Shown here piece by piece: positions 25,792 to 39,920 of a stretch of DNA of 64,000 bases. The DNA is taken from the NCBI GenBank assembly GCA_977030845.1, contig OZ365110.1, forward strand, positions 38,316,001 through 38,380,000. The letters run 5' to 3'. Below the pieces are notes generated by a model. That model did not search any database. It saw nothing but the letters and a program-made list of their open reading frames with translations, and was not told the DNA's origin. Source of the stretch: Fimbriosthenelais zetlandica. Lineage: Eukaryota. Position 1 is the stretch's first letter, and each line of letters begins with the position of its first letter. The position numbers and the translations under genes were made by a program.

Positions 25792-25822
25792 CCATAGACA
25801 TAAAGGAGCTTTATGTCTATGG
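25792..25822. repeat. Perfect 14-bp inverted repeat with 3-nt loop
   Basis: CCATAGACATAAAG-GAG-CTTTATGTCTATGG. Confidence 0.95.
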
Positions 25823-28800
25823 GAAAACAGAAAACAATTGACTGCCTTCATCTTTGAACTTTGGTCCTTTGACACACAATATGTGATCAAAGTTCTATCA
25901 TTATCCACCATGGAAAAGAGATCAAATCGGCTCCAGCGTTCCATTTATTACCAAAGAACATAATTTCCTCTTTTATTTAGCCGTATAAAGGCATTTTGGG
26001 CTTGTAGACTACATTAGCTAGCATTTAATACGCTGGTATAAACAAAGGCTTTCAAATTGTAATGACTGATATACAAAGTATAGTCTCGGGGGAACCCGTA
26101 GAGATTAACAAAAGTTTTTTTCTTTATATTTCTATCCGATAAGATCTTTTCAATTAATTGAGTCCTCCGAAGTGGCCGTAATTACATGATGAATAACTTC
26201 CATGGGAATATATATCTCGCTTCTATCACTACTGCGCTCAGAGTCAGTGGGGACATTAAAACTTAATTCCATGCAGCTAATTTCCCACATCTCTGATTTA
26301 TCTTGACCAGTGTAGACTGATAGTTTCTCGGTTAATTGTAGCCAGGGTAATATAGCCAGGGTCAAGGGAGTTCAATGTCATAAAACCATTCTATTTGGTT
26401 AGTTGATTTGGTTAGGAAAACACAGAGGGTAGTATCATCAACTAAACCGTTATATATGGGTCATTAATGTTTACCAATTTCACCACCGGAAGTGCTATTC
26501 AACATTCATTGGACTGGATGGCTTAATCTGGTCACTTGACAGGATAACATGGGTGGTGTTAAGAGGGTATCAAACCCCCAATTGAAGCTCAGAGCTTCAT
26601 TCACATCCCAGCCACATCAGGGGCTTCGTGGCCCTTGCTGAACCATGAGCTCATATCAATTCTGGTACCCTAAATACCTTCAATCAACCCTGAATAATGG
26701 GTCAACCCCCGAGTTGCTCCACTCCATTGTGGGACCCTTCTACCACTGCATTATTGATCCAAATGATGAATAATTCATAATATTCCCCTGAAACACTTTA
26801 TGAATCTATTTGCAGTATCCAAGCACTGTCAAAGGGAGAGCAATTGTTGATGATCACACCGACTTTCTGGTGAATGAATCGATATAATCAGGCCTTAATC
26901 AGCATGTGCTTTCGGGGAACGCCACACATACCAAGAAGACCCTGAAGATGGATGATTGAATGCAACAGGCATTGAATACTTGTAGAGAACTCTTGATAGT
27001 GTTGCTTAACATGCTGGTAATATAGAGAGATATATATGTGTGTATACATTATTGATATGACAACTGAGGTCCAGCTGGCATACCCTCCGACACATGCTGT
27101 GCACTGAAACGAACTTACATCCTACATTTACATTTGGAGGTACTGCAACAATAAATCAACAGATGATAAATTATGAAAACAGCAATATGTGGAGATGATT
27201 AAAGGAGTGTTAGGCTCATGTTTCCCATCGAGAAAATGACATTTGAGAAGCAGATGATTGTTCTGGATTAAAGGCAAAAAAGTTGTTTTGCAATGGTTGT
27301 AATAACAACCTAACGCAGCACAGGTTCTCTCATTGCATGGATTTTATATAAATACTTGTGCTCAGTCTGATAAAGGGCTTGCGTGTAGAGCTGAGACAGA
27401 AAGACCATTGGCTGATACTTAAATCAGCTAATAGGCTAATTCAGATGATGTGCTCTCTTCATGTCAAATCAATCATGCATCTCTATCTCATGTTTGCCTT
27501 GATCTGTGCAGTGTTTTTGTTAAACAAGGATAGGCTTCTCATCCTGTCTCCAATATAAAAAGTATATTTTATTGACCTATTAAAAAAGTAATGAAAGAGT
27601 TAGACTATCACAGGTTTTATATGTGGAAGCAGGGAGCAGCGAGAATGGAAAAAAGGAAGGGGTGGGGCGAGAACAACGGATTTCCATTTCTATTCAAAAG
27701 AAGTGTTCCATAGTCTCATAGAAGGTGCCGGTGGGAAAAGTACTTTCGGAGGGAAATTCCTTTCCCAGCAGGAACATAGACTATAAGTGGTCCAGGTATT
27801 CCAGACGGTTCTAGCAATTACAGGGCTAACTATATTGATTCCATTGGAAACAGGTTGAAAGATGCATGCCATGTGCCGCCCCCAATGGCAGCCATTGGTG
27901 CCACATACAGACGCCTCTGGCACAGTAGACCTTTCGCCTTTAGAGCTTTGAGTATTGGACTTGCAGCCTTCCCTGTACATACTTTGCCCGATGGCTAACT
28001 CCTGTATATATGTCACCACCAGTTTATGGACCCTGACATAAAATCTTTACCCTAGGGAGAGTTATTCCCTGCACAACTTAAGAGGTCAGATAGATAAGAC
28101 ATGACTGACCAGTAGATAATGGACCATAAAGAAAGGTCAATGTCAGGAGTAAAAGGCCAACTATTGGACTGCTTGCAGATGTGGATGCACTAACCTGACC
28201 AGTTGCCGAACTATATGTCAAAAAAGGCTGAGCAATTGGCAAGGATTCCAAGGCAAACTGTCAAGTTGTCCTTGGCCAAATGTGTTTTACCTTGGCTAGC
28301 CAAAAGATGGGCCGTATTGCGCATGAATTATAAATCCTCTTTGGGAATGAGAAATGAACCAGATATGTCTATAATATGTCCTAAAGGATACTTCATGTAT
28401 GAGCACTGATAACATCTCTAGAAGCCTTGCAGGTTTCTCATGATCCATGTCATAATGTACTCTGGAGGTAGGTATTGAAACAACTTTATATCTTGCTTTC
28501 TGGTGTTATGCCTGCCGACCAGGCAGCCTGATATGCTTATCAGTACACACCCAGTGCAGTTTGTGATAACCTTCATCTGGTGTAATATGGATCCTTATCC
28601 AAAAGCAGATAGAAATCACAAAATGTCTAGACTTCTGCTGGTCATGACGCCTGTGAATATCTTCAATATGACAGTTGTTTGGATAACCTGGAGTAAACTA
28701 AAATGCGTACAAATGTTTACTCATGATATCAAATACAAAAATCAGATTTTCTGATGACTAACGTTGTCAGGTTGTTGTTCCCAATATGAACTGGAAAAAT

Positions 28801-30085
28801 TATGCTGGGAAATTTTTCAGCTGGTCCTCTGGCTAAAAACAATGAAGAGACACTATTTTGAGGCAATATGGAACTATATGATTAGCTATAAATCCTCCTA
28901 CATTTGGACATTGCTTCCAGACATGTCTCATCCATAGGCATGAGCACCCACCGGCACATTATCATCTCTGGGAGCCTCTGTAATATTAGCTAGGAGATAA
29001 GACGGTGTAACCTGATTGGGCCATGAACTCAAGTCCCATCTAGCAAGGTACAAATCAGGGAGTAGTAGGCAATGGTGTTCAGGCAGCCCTATCATTTACG
29101 TTACCTACATCAGAAGGCAGATGTATGGGTTCCTTCTCCTCCGAGGCTTTGTCTGAGCGCCGACAAGAGAGGGCTTTGTTGTCCCTGTGTTATCTAATCA
29201 AGGCAACCTAATCTAACTCCGATGTACATATAAATGATGATCCCCAGTCTGCATGGACAAGAGTTCACCGGTAAAGCAGAGCCCAGCACCTGGTACATCA
29301 ATCTTCTCAACACGATAAACAGGAAGTTTCCCAGGGATTCATATCACAAATTTATGTAACAGTCTGTACCAGTTCAATGAAAGGATCATAACGCCAAAAT
29401 TCCTCAATGTCGCTTCCATCCAAAAGTCAAACTTACAAGGATGCTAAATATTCTTTTAATTGCATCACATATTCAAACATACAATTTCTCAAGGACGTTT
29501 AGCTGCAATAGAAGCTGAACATGTGTTTGCAAGTAAGGATAAGGAGAGCATTAGCTTGAATAATATATATTGCAATGCTGATTATGACATTGTTTCATGT
29601 GCTGCTTTTTTGTTATTTCGTGGCTTGTCAGACATAACATATTTATAAAGCTTTATCTGACATTCACGCTCAACAACAGTAAAGTTACAGACAGACTCCC
29701 CCCATAAGGCTGCTGTCTGTATTATGAGGTATAAAGGTGCAGAAGAAAGCCGAGCAAGAACAGGCAGCAATGGAGCATGAGACGATGGAGCAGGGCTGAA
29801 AGGCAGAGGAAAATACTAGCAATCACAACTCCCACTGTTCCTATTTCCACACATGAAATCATCCACAAACACACCACAGGTTGTTTTCACTGTCCGCCTA
29901 TCTCTGCCTGTCAAAGCTGACAGGTTATTATTGTGCATGTACATGCTGGTCTGAGACCTCCAGTTGTTGCTATGTCGTCTGCATCCCAAAGATGCCCGCC
30001 ATTTTGAATCCCGGCGAGACTGAAGAGAGGAGATGGAGAGATGGACCTCATGGGACGTGAGCTGATCTCAATGGTACACAAGCAA

Positions 30086-30099
30086 GTCGCTATGGTAAC
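30086..30099. promoter_or_regulatory. RFX X-box-like motif
   Basis: GTCGCTATGGTAAC. Confidence 0.3.
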
Positions 30100-33000
30100 C
30101 CCTCAGCTAACCCTGTGGTGACTAAGATTAGAACATTGATTCACTGTCCATTGGGACAGTAAGGCCACCCCAAAGGAAAGATTCAGTGAGGCAAAGTTTA
30201 ACTAATAAGTGAGTGACATTGACTGCTATAGGGAAAAAACAATTGATCTTGAATACCAACCCATATGGGACCATACTGCAGCGTATAAATCAGAATTGAT
30301 TTTTCATGGGCGGTAGCTATTACTTGATGCAGATTAAATGTTCACACTCAGCGATCAGGGTCACTGGTAAGAGGATAGAACAAAGCTTTATGTGTATTAG
30401 ATGATTAACAACCGGAAGTTCAGTGAACTGTGTTGATTGTACAAACAATAAATCACCAGGGCTTACATGTGGCTCTACCACAGCTTCTTCACCATGTGAA
30501 AAAACCTGAGCTCAGTTCATACTTGGTGCCTCATATATATGTGTATATATATCTATTTCTGTATAAGAAATAAAGAAAACTGCCCCTGTCTGCATGCTTG
30601 AACGTGACCGAACCATTGAGTGGAAATCTACAATGCCACATGTGCTCAAGCGGCGAGACAGATGATAAACAAAATGACCCACCTATCATTTCCCCCCTTT
30701 TATATATCCTCCACATAGGAAGATGATATAGAGATTATTTTAAACAACTTCGCTGTGGAGGTTGGAAAATTATGTGAGAAATGGCATGGGAAAATTGGCA
30801 AAGAGTGATTAGCATCACACTGTGCTCTCTCACTACACCTACCGTCCTACCATATGGAAGAATTGATTTGCATTATTATCCCACATTTATACAAAGGATC
30901 TGTATGAGAGCTACAGCTGGTGCTCAGAGAACTGATGAAAGTGGTTCCATTATACAGAAAATTGCCCGCCTTGTCTCGCTCTACCATGGCAGTAAGAATA
31001 GGCCGAAGACATCGCATGTTGGCCATCTCAATGTAATGGCTTTTGCTTCTCTCCAGCACACTAAAATCCTACATCCAACAACTAGATAAAGGCACAGAAA
31101 AGGGATCGTTGCCCAGCGATATGGTTCAGTAATATACTTCTTGCAAGCAAAAGATTTGGGATAGCAATACGGCTATGGGGCCATGAAGGCATGAGGGATC
31201 CAATAACATGGCGTGATCTTTTTGAATGGTGCTATAAATTGCCCAGAGATTTTTCAGGTCCAACCCGATATTAGCACAGCAGGTCATTGATTCATCCATA
31301 AACATTTTTTCATACTATTCCTCCATATTTTACCCGCAATGTGCTTGTCAGATCTTCCTCCAATAAGTTAGCAAGAGTGGAAATACCTCCTCGACAATTC
31401 TTTCTTAAATCTTTCAAGACCTTTCAGAACAGCCACATTAATCCTGCTCTGGGATTTCTAAATTGGAACTCTCACACAAGAATAAAACTAAGCACTTAAG
31501 ATTTTTTTCTCCAATGGTCGGGATGCATGGCCATCAACAGAGTTCCCCATTTCTAATAAAAGAAGTCTCTTTACTCCTGAGGCCAGACATTTAAATTCGT
31601 TATTTTCTCTGGCAACAAACTACACTACGGGGCCAATATCAGAAAAGCACTATCTTGCGGATAGTGGCCAGAAAGCAACCAACCATCCCAAGCTCCATTG
31701 CAAAAAGACAGAGACGCAATTTATTGGCAGATCATAGGGATGTGATGTTGTAACAACATTAACACGAGAGACATGGCAGTAAAGCCCATGAGGTTCCCAC
31801 AAGGTATTTGTTTGTTCAATATTGTCATTTATGAGGGCGGCATTTCACTAATGGAAGAACTAATAAGATTACGTAGAAGTACGTGTCCGGCAGATGTAAA
31901 CTGCCATCCTATTAAATGGAACACGTGAAATGCCTTATAGGTTCCCCTTCCGGGCATCGCTACACATTATTAATTAATTTACATTAATGTTATTATATGA
32001 GTTAAGGGTGGTATTTTGATGTCGATATTGTAATCAATACCGAGATCAACATTTTAATCAAGGCTCTTGCAGGACTTAACTGACGGATTTCATAGGAAGA
32101 CTTGAAGGTAGAAAGGCATAGAGAGTTCATATTTTCCCATTAACTAAACTTCATTTTAGCGAGAAGCCGGGCGCAAATAATATGATTAGAAATTGAGCGA
32201 GGTGGAAAAAGTAATTAATTTGGCACAACAAAGCTATAATACTGGACGCATCAATAACACTTGTCGTCCTTCAGATGAAGGCTCAGAGAATCCTTCCATG
32301 AAAGGCGGAGCTTCCTTTAAAACGTCACTCATCTAGGTGCTTGTAAAAGTGGCAATTTAACTACACTACTGCATCTTGAATAAATTCCTGATGCTTTGTG
32401 GCCAATTTGCATATCAGCAAAGCATAATATAATTACTGTTGGTGAGAATTTGTTTCTACAAGGAATCGCATCCTAATCTGATTTGAGGACAATGTAGAAA
32501 TGGTGTAGAAAGTTTCGGAAACTTTAAAGTTCTACATTCAAGATTATGGTCTACATTATTGACTTTCCACCTTAAAGTAATATTATATCAGTCAAGAACA
32601 AGATTAATTGAATCACAGGAGAAAAGAGATGTTGGGAAAGAATTAATGGGAAGCTGGATGGGTCAGCTGTAGACAATGGACCAATCAGTCGTATCTCTCT
32701 AGTTATGTAATCTGTATCAGATTTGCTCAGACTTGCTGTCCGGGAGCAGACTGAAATGTCATTAATAATTACCAAAGTATCTTTCCACGGGAGGGAAGGC
32801 ACTCACATACACAGAAATTTCCCAAGCAATTCCCTCTCTGCATGGGAAAATAATTAATTGTTCAGTTTCTGTAAGGGACAATCTGTCAGCAATCGTCCAC
32901 CTGTCGCTTCTTTTTAATTACTTTCCTCACCCTGAGACTACTGGTAAGAGACTCTGAAAGTTGAATTAAAGGACTAGAAAGCAACTATTTGGACCAGGGA

Positions 33001-33299
33001 TAAGTACATGAGGCTGCAGTGCAGAGCATTTCTATCCGGCCATAATTTTTAACTGTATGCTACAGCACAAGCCGCGAGCCATCAAATCAAGAGGAAAGAT
33101 TCATCAAATGAGATTCACAAGAACCTTTTAATCTATCAAAGCTATAATATATCGAATGCAACATCCCCAGTCCCTGCCAGGGACCAAGATGAATAATGTA
33201 CATATGGGAATGTAATGAACCTTTGTATACACATGTCTATATTAATAAGAATAACACATACATGTCAAATTATGACATCAGCTATAACCAAGATGAATG

Positions 33300-33510
33300 G
33301 ACGTAATATAAATCATAGTTAAAACTGGCAAGTGTATTCAACTCCTCAGATCCACTAGAACGTTGAGTTTGCATCAAATTAACAAATTTTAACTTCGAAA
33401 CTGGTATTGAATCTCTGAAGTTCCTTCCCTTTCTCATAAATTTCCACAAATTTGGTTCTATTCCTGACTCTAATGAAGACCTAAAAATCCTTTTATATCA
33501 GAAGTCAAAT
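33300..33510 (-). mobile_element. Possible LINE (L2/CR1) ORF2 extreme C-terminus
   Basis: The minus frame KRIFRSS...PNLWKF...RDSIPVSKLKF resembles KRSF...P.LWN.LP..IR.S.S...FK. It is followed by an AT-rich tail. Confidence 0.3.
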
Positions 33511-36500
33511 AAAAACTGATCTAATATGGATACCACCTGTCTTCTGGTGGGGGAGGTGGGCATTTCATTGGCCGTGAATTCGTGATACCCACTGGCTTTC
33601 ACCGATTTTCCACGGTCATTGGTAAAACAAAAAATAGTAATAGGAAAACGTAGGAGCGGGTGGACTCCTGGTTTAAGCATTGATATTCACGTAGACATCA
33701 CCCTATCCTGTTCCCACATCCCTTATCAATCTATGACCACCGCCTTCCACCTGGCTCTACCTCACACGTACAGCGCCTTGATGGATGACCTTTGTGACGA
33801 GATAATGCAAGTTTTTATCTCCACGGCATTGACTGGTCACCTTTGTCACCCCATCAATACTAATTTATTTTACTTGGCTGCAGTCACACACGTCTAGAAG
33901 CCAGCCCCTCGAGATTCCATTTAACATTGATAGTATGTAGCGGATAGGGGAGGAAGCATATATTGAGATATTGTCAGAAGTTGTTGGATCTTGCTGGGGC
34001 TTCCATATTATATAGGGGCAATTTTTAACCAGTGGCCTTTTTGATTATGATTATGATACAGACCAAACACTGGGCGACTTTCAACCTCAGAGAGAGAAAA
34101 ATGTATATATATTATAGCATCAGATCCAAAGTTTCACCTTAATTGCTTATCTGTCAATCATAATTTATTATACATTTTAGTTTTGCCACGATTAATTTCT
34201 ATCACATATTGCACGATTTCAGCGAATAGGCAATATATGCGAGTTTAGCACAAGTTGTTTGGCAATTCTCCAAAACTTATCTCATTTCAAAATAAAAGAG
34301 GGACACCGCTGCAAAACTGCATGACAGGGACATCCATGCACCCAATTCCATGCCTGTTTTTACCATCTGTTCATTGCTGGAGTTGTATTGCATTTCCCCC
34401 AATAAAGGTTTCGGATGTTCTCAAGCTTAAGGAGACCATACGGTGTCATAAATTATATGGATGTTAAGAGAAAGTAATTCAGTATAAATGGAAGAGTGCA
34501 GGGATATGGGACTAGGGCTCACGGGGAGTAGAATATGACGTGGGTAATGGGTTGGCAAGTGGATATCCTGTTTTCCCGAAGTAAATAGAAGAGCTTATGT
34601 ACCGAACAACTCAACATTCCGGCACCTACACATTTTATGACACTATTCAGTGCTGATCTGTTTTCCATATTTTACGAGACTGTCTATATCTTCCCTGTTT
34701 TAAATCACTATGGAAATTGAAAAGTATATAATTATGGATCACCCCTATAGGGCCCATCACTCATCCCACTGTTCAGGTGACCCTCTCAAGGGAACTCTCT
34801 TGCCAATAACACATTGTTACATCCCTTGAAGGGGTACAGCTTTCTTTGTTGCCATCCCCGGAGGTTAGAGGACAAAAACGGTTCTGACAACGTTGGGAAC
34901 GTGCCACCTTTTCCCAGGTGATTAGAGGAGGCAAGCCTTTGACATGACTGTTGAGAGTAATAAATCAACAAAACTTAGCCCAGTATTTGCTTGTTGGGTA
35001 TGGAGACCGGATATGAAAAAGGTGTTGTTAAGGAGGTTTGGTCGAGAAGGAAATAAACGAGTAACTAGGTGTGAAGGGGCGCTGCTGTGCCCACCGGAAG
35101 TGTAGTGCCATCTAGCCATCTAGACACACTGCCGAGCACTTTTCAGGCCAGCTGTCCCGATACCAACTTCGATGGATGCTTAACCCTCGAGCAAGAAGAC
35201 ATCGATTCCCCCACACAACTGTCACATTCGCTGACACTGACAAAACCATCCTTCTCACCATAACTTGCAGTGAGAAACGCCATGCAGGCAATTTTGTCAC
35301 TGTTCAGAGTTCAGATATAGGGCGAATTGCAAATCTACTGGGGTACAGGCTGTCTGGATAGTGTCGGGAATTGAAAATTTCCCTCGCCAAATAAAATTTT
35401 GAGCTCATGCCAAGCCAACATCCTGACTATTGCCTGTTCTAATCATACATACCAGCCATGCAGCAGGGGATGGCTTTGGTTTGTTACAGAATTTAACGGC
35501 TGGCAAGGTCTGACATGTTCGAAATATCGACTATAATCTAAAACAGCTCTTCTGCTCCTAACGTTACAACCGCAACAAAAAAGATTTCAAGAGATTTATG
35601 GGCAATAAGGCATATGATGTATGGGTAAAAACTCAGATAAATCCATTCAGTAATGTTATGGCACGGATTTCATTTCACAGCAGTAATTTAATGTACAGGG
35701 CAACATTTCCTCATTTACAACGTAACAAGCATGGCACATTATATGGAACACGCCTCTTGAGGATTGTAAAAAGACCTAGTACATAAGTAATTACAACATT
35801 TTCTCACCATAGCTTCATTTATTCTGTTGTGTGCGAAAATGAAATATAGTAACAGGTAACCTAATACACAGGGGATTTAGGTTAAAAATGCCACTGATAC
35901 TGAGAGCTGAAAGGAGTTTCGGGAAACCAAATCAAGGTTTTCCATGCAGCAAATGGGATAGAAGCATGAAGATTGATGTCCCCCTGCCCGCAATACACCA
36001 CCGGAAATTAAGAGGAAAGAATGGCATCTACATGCCCATGCAGCATACTGTACAGGATGCTTGTCTTATTGAGTTCACACCTATATGATACTCGCTGTAT
36101 GCAATACCTGCCTGGTTGACGAGTGAACAGTGGTATTTAAAGAGCACAATAACAATTGCTTGACTTTGGGGGAGGTCAGTGATTTTGCCCACTTGACCCG
36201 GGAGAGCATGACATTAACATTTAACATTTAATTAATATTTAGATTATACATTTATGAACACATTCATGGGTAAATGGGATGGACATTAAGAATAACTAGA
36301 TTTGCATAAAACCACGGAAATTGTACTAATGACATTGTCTTATGTAGTTTTGTCTGCCAATTATGAGTGCCCTACACAAGTTGCTTTATAGAAAAGCTCA
36401 GGCAATACATCTATGAGCATTATTAATCTCATTAATCACAGAATGTAATCTTCCTTGGGGCAACATTATGGATATAGAAATGATTTGTGCATTGCCCACA

Positions 36501-36716
36501 CATATCTTCTATAAAGGTACCTTAATGATTTATACATGTCTGTTCCAGTGCTTCGGGCGTATACACGTACGATTATGAATGTAAAAAATGTGGCCAAATG
36601 ATGTTACAATATTTAGTCTACCGGATAAGTATATAGATCCAAATACTTTTTATTCATAGCAAAGAGAAATACAGGAAGATCTGTTCTAGCCATAATAAGA
36701 TGGTCTATACATGTTC

Positions 36717-36756
36717 ATCTATTTAGAAAGATACAGATCTATTTAGAAAGGTACAG
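36717..36756. repeat. 20-bp tandem duplication
   Basis: ATCTATTTAGAAAGATACAG and ATCTATTTAGAAAGGTACAG (1 mismatch). Confidence 0.9.
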
Positions 36757-38713
36757 ATCACTGGGAAAGACAACAATCCAAGTCACAACTGGTTAGATAA
36801 ACGCAGTCAGGTCATTTAAATGCAACAAAGTGTATAAGAACATTGACAGTTGGAGGAAAATTACACGCTTGGCACGAGGACTATGTAGTAAATTTCCATG
36901 TCGAGCCTGACTTGAGTGTCCTTCTGCTCTCCATCGACGTATCTAGGCAGCTCCAAGGGCAGTGATGCTTGCAAAACGTCTCAGTTTGGATCACGGTTCG
37001 CAAGAGTCACTGCCCAAGGAAGTGCTTATTGTCTACAGATGTCATCCAGAGATACAGCCACAAGGAATTCTGTGGCAAATACCCATTTCCTGTACTTCTG
37101 AGTATCTGGACTGGCCGGCTTCGCTTCTGAAGGATGTACGAGAGGGGGAGGCGACCACGACGAAAAGCAGCAACTGATGTCTTCAATCCTACACAAGGAC
37201 AGGCTCAAAAAAGATTGGGTATTGGCAAGACTGTGCACATATAATGTGACTGCCTGGCCTCTACTGACAGTCCATCAAACCGCCCATCCTTTCATGTAAC
37301 TGTTCATATTATCTCATAGTTCTACCCATACATTCTTACGTCTAAATGACTCGCATCTTTTATCCTTTCACTATTATAGTTCCTCGATCCATTCAAATAC
37401 TCATCCCGTCATACGATTTCTATTCGGGATATTCAACAAAAGCAATGTATGAAGGGTTAAATATTCTACGCTGGATGTGGACACATTATTATGTGAATAC
37501 ATGTGCATATCCATAGATCTACATAATCTTGCCTTATCAATCTCTCTCCTAACTCTCCACGTCCAATATTCATCCTGTAAATGCTACCGCACATTTTCAC
37601 ATTGGAAGGGAACAGAGCGAACTTCATATAATCTTAAACTTTTTAAGCATATTCGAACTTATTGTCAGTCTGACAAATTAAATAATATGCCAGACTTAAA
37701 ATACAATTGAGGAAACCATTTTACCTCCTTTTTGGTTCAATCCTTAAACAAGGTTCTATTTTCTTGTGTCTCACATTAAGTCCTAATGAAATACGTTTTA
37801 CCTGTCCTTGATGTATAAGATACATAATTTGCAAGACAGGACCGCTGAAAACGAGGGACTGATTGAATTGTGCTTATCCCATCAAGGCAAGGGAAAGACA
37901 AGGAAGTCGACAGATGAAGTCTACACTGATCAATCCCTTTATAGATTTAATGTGTGGCCCGATAGCGTACTACCCCTCACCCATGAAGGCTTACTCTTTC
38001 AAGATTGAAAACCCTTGCAGGGGGAAGTCTTTGTTATTTGACATATGAAAGACACTTTTGCACTTACACTGTGCTCTGGGATACATTTTCTTATAGAAAG
38101 ATGTGACATTATAGAAAGATTAGTCCACATATCATACACATTTATAGAATAAGCCAATGTAGCTTCGTTATTTTTATGCTATAGGCAATTAGAACACTGG
38201 CACATGATGCCATTAGCTAGTAGCTTAGGAAGATGTTTCTTTTCCATGGTGGTGACTTTTGTTCCATTTTCACAAATTTTAACTTATTTTAAATATTAAC
38301 GACCCAAGAAGGTAGGCTACTACAAAATGTATCATTTCACGATACCTAAGTCCTTTGCACGGGGCATTGTTTACTTCGTAGACAGATTGAACAGCGGGGA
38401 TCTGCTGAAAACGCAGAATGAATTATGGATCTAATTTAACCAATAAAAGGACTTGATTGCTCCGTATTGCCTTCTCCCAGTATTGCAGAAAAAAATCTCC
38501 CCCCACCCACCGCCTCTTACAAATAGCTGTAACCCGCCTGATAGATTAGATGGAGGACGGCATAAATCAGCCTGACAACACCTAGCAAGGGTTGCTCAGC
38601 CAACGTGAAGATAGCTATAACAAAAAGAGATTTAGTTTCGCATAAATTCCTGCCAAGTGTTATACTGCCCCGGTCGCCGAGAAAGCCAACTCAGGCCACG
38701 ACCGGTGGTACAA

Positions 38714-38737
38714 GGGTCGATTGACACAAATCGACCC
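38714..38737. repeat. Perfect 9-bp hairpin
   Basis: GGGTCGATT-GACACA-AATCGACCC. Confidence 0.85.
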
Positions 38738-39442
38738 AGATCAATTAATTACATGACCCGCTATTGGAAACTGAATATTTACTTATGATCCATTCTGCAG
38801 GTGCAGCAATGATGAGCGATCTGTAGTTGGGCATACAGTGGTATTGGTTAGGATGGTCGCAGCTTTCTGCACGCTTCCAGTTCCACTGGGGGACTGCCAG
38901 CCTTCTGGGCTAATTAATGAGTAATGTGCGTGTTGACGAGATAACTAGTTTTCTTTGCTTTGATGATAACTAAATGATCACTTGTTTCGGAGAAGCAAGG
39001 GCCTCTCTGACACGCGAGTAACGAGATGGGGTAGACCAAAAGGGGGAGGAAAAGGAAGGATCTACCTGTACATCCACTACACCGTTCATAGTAACGGCAG
39101 CAGAGGAAGGACCTTTAATGCAAAGAGGAAACATGCAGGGAACAGTTGAAATATAATAGACCGGTATATATAGTGTTCGGGTTCATTTAGATAGACCGAG
39201 GTGAGGCCAACAGCGGAAGCCATGTCAGGAAGCCATGAACATAGATTCACATTATTAGCTACTGAAAGTGTCTCATGACTTGATCATGAAATGTGGCCTG
39301 ATCTCACACTCATTTGGAATGGTGTGGACAGGTTGTTAAAATGTATTCTACATTTTATTGTTGACCTGCTTTGTGTGTATGCTGCTTTGACATGCATTCT
39401 AAACTATTTTTGATGAAAAAATCATACATAAATTGAACTGAC

Positions 39443-39533
39443 CTTCTTTGTTGCCCAAATTCCAGATGCTGGCTGGACTTCTTCCCCTGGTTTCCTTTTC
39501 AACTGCTTCACAGCTTCAGATCAAAGAGATATT
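39443..39533 (-). other. Candidate 91-nt non-coding exon
   Basis: Minus-strand acceptor GGTTTTTATTCTTTCAG| and donor AAG|GTCAGT. All three frames contain stops. Confidence 0.3.
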
Positions 39534-39749
39534 CTGAAAGAATAAAAACCAGAACCGAAATATAATGAAATATCTATTTGAAAATTGCAACATGTATATA
39601 GTTACGACAACAGGCACCAAGTCCTATTCCCGAAGCAATAACATCAATATGAGTTTCATATCTCATTTTCAGTGAAGGCTAAACAGTTAGTAGCCATCTC
39701 CAGACACAAGCAGCCTGAGGAATTACAGTAAATAATGTACATAAATTCT

Positions 39750-39920
39750 CTCCACCTTGTCCATGGTTGACGTTTCCATAATAACTGGCATTGTATTAGT
39801 ATAATATTGACCCATATGTAATCCAACATCTATGCAAGTGAATCTGCTGGTGTATTGACGATTATTTAAATATACCTCCACCAAGGTTTTCCATCTTCTA
39901 TGATACTGCATGAGCACAAA
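39750..39920 (-). mobile_element. Decayed LINE RT core fragment
   Basis: ORF 39723-39917 contains VYLNNRQY...IDVGLHMGQY, resembling SYL.NR.Q.V...I..GVPQGS. Confidence 0.4.

Noticed and set aside
26093-26102. AACCCGTAGA as miR-100/99
   Set aside because: Only the first 10 nt match and I see no precursor hairpin, which is chance level.
26430-26800. tRNA-derived SINE on the minus strand
   Set aside because: The A- and B-box-like words are too degenerate to support a call.
34855-35000. Remnant of a CCCAGCAAACA/ACAACGTT-type MITE
   Set aside because: Only a right-end-like word and one internal word are present, with no matching left TIR.
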